Source: Caldisericota bacterium
GTDB lineage: Bacteria > Caldisericota > Caldisericia > JAAYUI01
Direction of reading: 5' to 3'
NCBI GenBank assembly: GCA_029548865.1
Contig: JAKPMO010000020.1
Location: forward strand, 1-20,836
Length of the DNA stretch: 20,836 bases
Shown: in pieces, positions 18,153 through 20,836 of the stretch
How positions within the stretch are numbered: position 1 is the stretch's first letter
Layout: every line of letters begins with the position of its first letter
The notes under the pieces: model-generated
What the model saw: only the letters and a program-made list of their open reading frames with translations
The model's database searches: none
What the model was told of the DNA's origin: nothing
Translations under genes and position numbers: made by a program

Positions 18153-19903
18153 TAGAAAATATGCCAGCTTTCTCTTATCTCAGAGACAATTTTTTCAAAT
18201 TCAGCAAGGACATGTATACATTCTACATCAGTTTTACCAAAAATCCTGCTTGTCACAAACGGGGAATCATTTTCGTAGTTATTTAGTGAGTATCTTATTT
18301 CGTCTAATATCTGCTTTTCTTGTTCTTTTTGGTATATAAATCTTCCAGGAGGTGCGTAATTAGGAGAATTTGTGTCATTATGTCTGAAACTAAGTGCAAT
18401 TAGAACTTCGAGTTTGTTGAATGTATATTCGTAAGAACGATCATCGGGAATAATTTGTTTTACATATTGTCTCAAAATCTTATAAAAATGATCATTAAGA
18501 GACGTCTCACGATCAGATACCCCATCATCAACATACAAGCTTATTCCTTTTAAATGTTCGTTCAGAGGAGATAATGGTGGTAAATATTCTATTGCTAAGA
18601 TATTTCCACGAATATTCCTATGGATGTTTGTTGTGAACAGACGATTGAGAAAATAAAGTTTTTCACCTGCTACTGCACCAAGGCCAAGAATGTAAAACAA
18701 TAATGCTTTTAAATAATTCTCTAATTCTATGCTATAACTGAAATTATCTTTTAGCGACATACGCATTAAGGCTTTCTGCCATATATGCCAATGCTCCTCT
18801 TTTCTTGCATAAAAAGCGCCAATGGGCGCCATTGACAGTAAAGTTGAGCATAAAGCCTCATATTTGCGCACCCTTGTTGTTGGATCTTCTAGATTTTTAG
18901 GTTTTACATTGAAATCCTCGCCTGATATTGCTTCAACAATCTTGTTCACTGTTTCATCAACAAGGTCTCCAAACTGGATGTCATATTCAGATTTGGAAAG
19001 ATAGCGTTTCATATTTGCAACGGCCAGCTCGGTTGAGAGCGGATGGGGTTTTGAATATTTCTCAATGGCATCAACGCCATCGGCAATTTCCTGAAAGAAT
19101 GTATCTGCATCCTTGATTTCAATTTTTTGCGCATCGCGTAGCCCAATCAATTTGCTGGCCTGCTCTTTAAGCTCCCCACGAATCGCCCAGCATGTTGTAA
19201 AACGCCTTGTTTTGACACGCGACAGTGCATCGCATAATGCAGTGTCCCACTCTGCAGACCAGCCACACACTATAAGGCCGTATTCATCAAAAATCTGGTC
19301 AAGCATCTTGTTGAATTCGACAGGATATTCTTCAAGCTCGGAGGGTGTGTTTCTAATTCGATTGTCCTGGTAATCGCCGTTGATTTTAAGGATTTGGCAG
19401 CTTTTGTTTTGCGTCAATGGCAATGCACCATTGATTTGATCGGGTGTGCTTATCACCGTAGGCTTGACACCAAGTTCATCCAAGGCATTTTCCAGCAAGC
19501 GATCAAAATTTGTTGTTATGATGACTTTTATGAAACCTTTTGCAACCAGTGAGGCAATGGCTTTATGGGCTTTGGTCGGCCGTTTGTCGCCCTCATTGTT
19601 TGCGCTGTTGGGTTCAAAATATGACCGCAAAAGCTGCTGCCTTTCAGTTTTAGTTTTTGCAAGTTCCTCTAATAATTTTGAATAGTCTGGTTCCTTGCCA
19701 AATTTCTCACAATACCAGGTTTCAGGGTCAGGCTCGCATTTCTCTTTTTTTAGAACAGCTAGCCTTTGTATCAAATCTTCTGTTATTTCCCAGCCTGTTG
19801 GAATGTTGGCAGCCCTGGAAATGCCAGATCCAAGCAGTAACGCATATGTTCCAGGATTGGACTGGATTGCAAAAATTAGCGACTCGATTGGTTCAATCCC
19901 CAT
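18152..19903 (-). CDS. SIR2-like domain protein (SIR2_2 type) with uncharacterised helical C-terminal region (583 aa)
   Basis: ALLLGSGIS...IPTGW (GxGxS), [22 protein letters not shown] (usually KxHG), LIVCGWS...D. SD GGGAGG lies inside the hsdS 3' end; TAATG overlap with hsdR. Confidence 0.9.
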   Translation of the reverse strand: MGIEPIESLIFAIQSNPGTYALLLGSGISRAANIPTGWEITEDLIQRLAVLKKEKCEPDPETWYCEKFGKEPDYSKLLEELAKTKTERQQLLRSYFEPNSANNEGDKRPTKAHKAIASLVAKGFIKVIITTNFDRLLENALDELGVKPTVISTPDQINGALPLTQNKSCQILKINGDYQDNRIRNTPSELEEYPVEFNKMLDQIFDEYGLIVCGWSAEWDTALCDALSRVKTRRFTTCWAIRGELKEQASKLIGLRDAQKIEIKDADTFFQEIADGVDAIEKYSKPHPLSTELAVANMKRYLSKSEYDIQFGDLVDETVNKIVEAISGEDFNVKPKNLEDPTTRVRKYEALCSTLLSMAPIGAFYARKEEHWHIWQKALMRMSLKDNFSYSIELENYLKALLFYILGLGAVAGEKLYFLNRLFTTNIHRNIRGNILAIEYLPPLSPLNEHLKGISLYVDDGVSDRETSLNDHFYKILRQYVKQIIPDDRSYEYTFNKLEVLIALSFRHNDTNSPNYAPPGRFIYQKEQEKQILDEIRYSLNNYENDSPFVTSRIFGKTDVECIHVLAEFEKIVSEIRESWHIF

Positions 19904-20836
19904 TGTGTTGTTCCTCCCTCGTTTGTTTTACCCGCAATTCCCCGGAAATGAGTTTTGGCAACAGTGTGTCACGTAAGACGGTAAGAGTGCGAGATTGGTA
20001 TTCATTTATTTCGATACATTTATCAATCGAAGATAATTCTTTTTCATAATAGATAACTAAATTATTCGGTGGTGCTAAACAAGTTATGGCATTAAAATCT
20101 TTTTTCCCAATTGATCCAAAAACTGTACCTTCAGCTTCAAAACATAGAAGTTTCCCATTTAATGCACGCATAAATTGATATGTGTATGACTGATTGCCTG
20201 TTTTATGACAAGCAGCTGCAACACCACGTCCTATAGCACAATCTTCCGAAGCCATATTAATATCGCCCACAGGTGCCCTTACGCTTACGAGTGTTTCTCC
20301 TTTTTTAGCGAACCTGCTTGGTGCTGTACAGTAAATACGGCGAATTGGAAAACGGAAACTAAAATCTGAGCAACCTTGATAAAATGGCAATCCTTTGCCG
20401 TCATCATTATATGTTTTACCTGGTGGAGATTGTCCCATTATTATATTAAATTCATCAATAATATGGCTTATCCTCCAGCCTTCGGGGATCTCGCCGAGTT
20501 CGGAGTCCACAAGCCGGTCCGGGAAAAGGTCAAAAAGATGGGCCGGGAGACCGGGGAGCGACTGGCCGCGGCGCCACCGCCCCTCCATCTTGGCGCGCAC
20601 CGGCCCGAAGTCCACAAACCAGAACTTGAACAGCGCCTGTGCCATCGCCTCCAGCGTTTCGTTTGTCCGCCGGTTTAGCTCGATTTTATCATCCAGCGTC
20701 CCCAGTATGTGCGCTATAGCCCTTTGCTCTTCAATTCTATTGGGTATACTAACAGGGAGCGGGTGAATATGATTTCTATTAAGTGTAGGTACCCCACTGC
20801 CAGAGTTAAAGCTAGATAAATCGAGCGATTTTAATA
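19893..20836 (-). CDS. hsdS: Type I RM specificity subunit S, 5'-truncated by window edge
   Basis: Frame is open to the edge (LKSLDLSSFNSGSGVPTLNRN...EEQRAIAHILGTLDDKIELNRRTNETLEAMAQALFKFWFVDF). Central conserved region DSELGEIPEGW, TRD2 MGQSP...SVRAPVG...IGRG, C-terminal LRDTLLPKLISGELRV. Confidence 0.95.
   Translation of the reverse strand, partial: LKSLDLSSFNSGSGVPTLNRNHIHPLPVSIPNRIEEQRAIAHILGTLDDKIELNRRTNETLEAMAQALFKFWFVDFGPVRAKMEGRWRRGQSLPGLPAHLFDLFPDRLVDSELGEIPEGWRISHIIDEFNIIMGQSPPGKTYNDDGKGLPFYQGCSDFSFRFPIRRIYCTAPSRFAKKGETLVSVRAPVGDINMASEDCAIGRGVAAACHKTGNQSYTYQFMRALNGKLLCFEAEGTVFGSIGKKDFNAITCLAPPNNLVIYYEKELSSIDKCIEINEYQSRTLTVLRDTLLPKLISGELRVKQTREEQHNGD

Noticed and set aside
18152..19903. 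Assignment of the SIR2 gene to Thoeris, DSR, SIR2-HerA or pAgo systems, or to housekeeping CobB
   Set aside because: No TIR, HerA or Argonaute partner in the window; much shorter than DSR2; lacks the CobB zinc-finger cysteines.
1..20836. CRISPR array, tRNA/rRNA, transposase/integrase, integron attC sites
   Set aside because: No regularly spaced repeats, RNA-gene signatures or recombinase ORFs seen.

Overview
Bacterial window with three parts. (1) 1-4.7 kb, AT-rich accessory block: the 3' end of an RHS protein whose C-terminal tip carries lytic-transglycosylase (SLT)-like motifs, an adjacent beta-propeller lipoprotein (candidate immunity), a GNAT acetyltransferase, and a convergent nucleotidyltransferase-like + CD3324/Mor-like pair. 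(2) 5-14.9 kb, more GC-balanced cluster of secreted/surface proteins: alpha/beta-hydrolase-dockerin-2xDUF11-PKD, a TolB-like propeller, a 1026-aa protein with three novel repeats, FN3 domains and a copper-amine-oxidase-N 'stalk', two paralogous lipoproteins, and a PKD-DOMON lipoprotein. This domain style suggests a Caldisericota/Firmicutes-like anaerobe (inference only). (3) 15-20.8 kb, minus strand: a type I restriction-modification operon, hsdS (partial)-SIR2-hsdR, with a 583-aa SIR2 protein overlapping both neighbours in the slot PrrC occupies in the EcoprrI system. The most interesting candidates are the RM-embedded SIR2 guard/effector and the RHS-SLT toxin/immunity pair. All calls come from motif reading; no database searches were run and GC statements are by eye.
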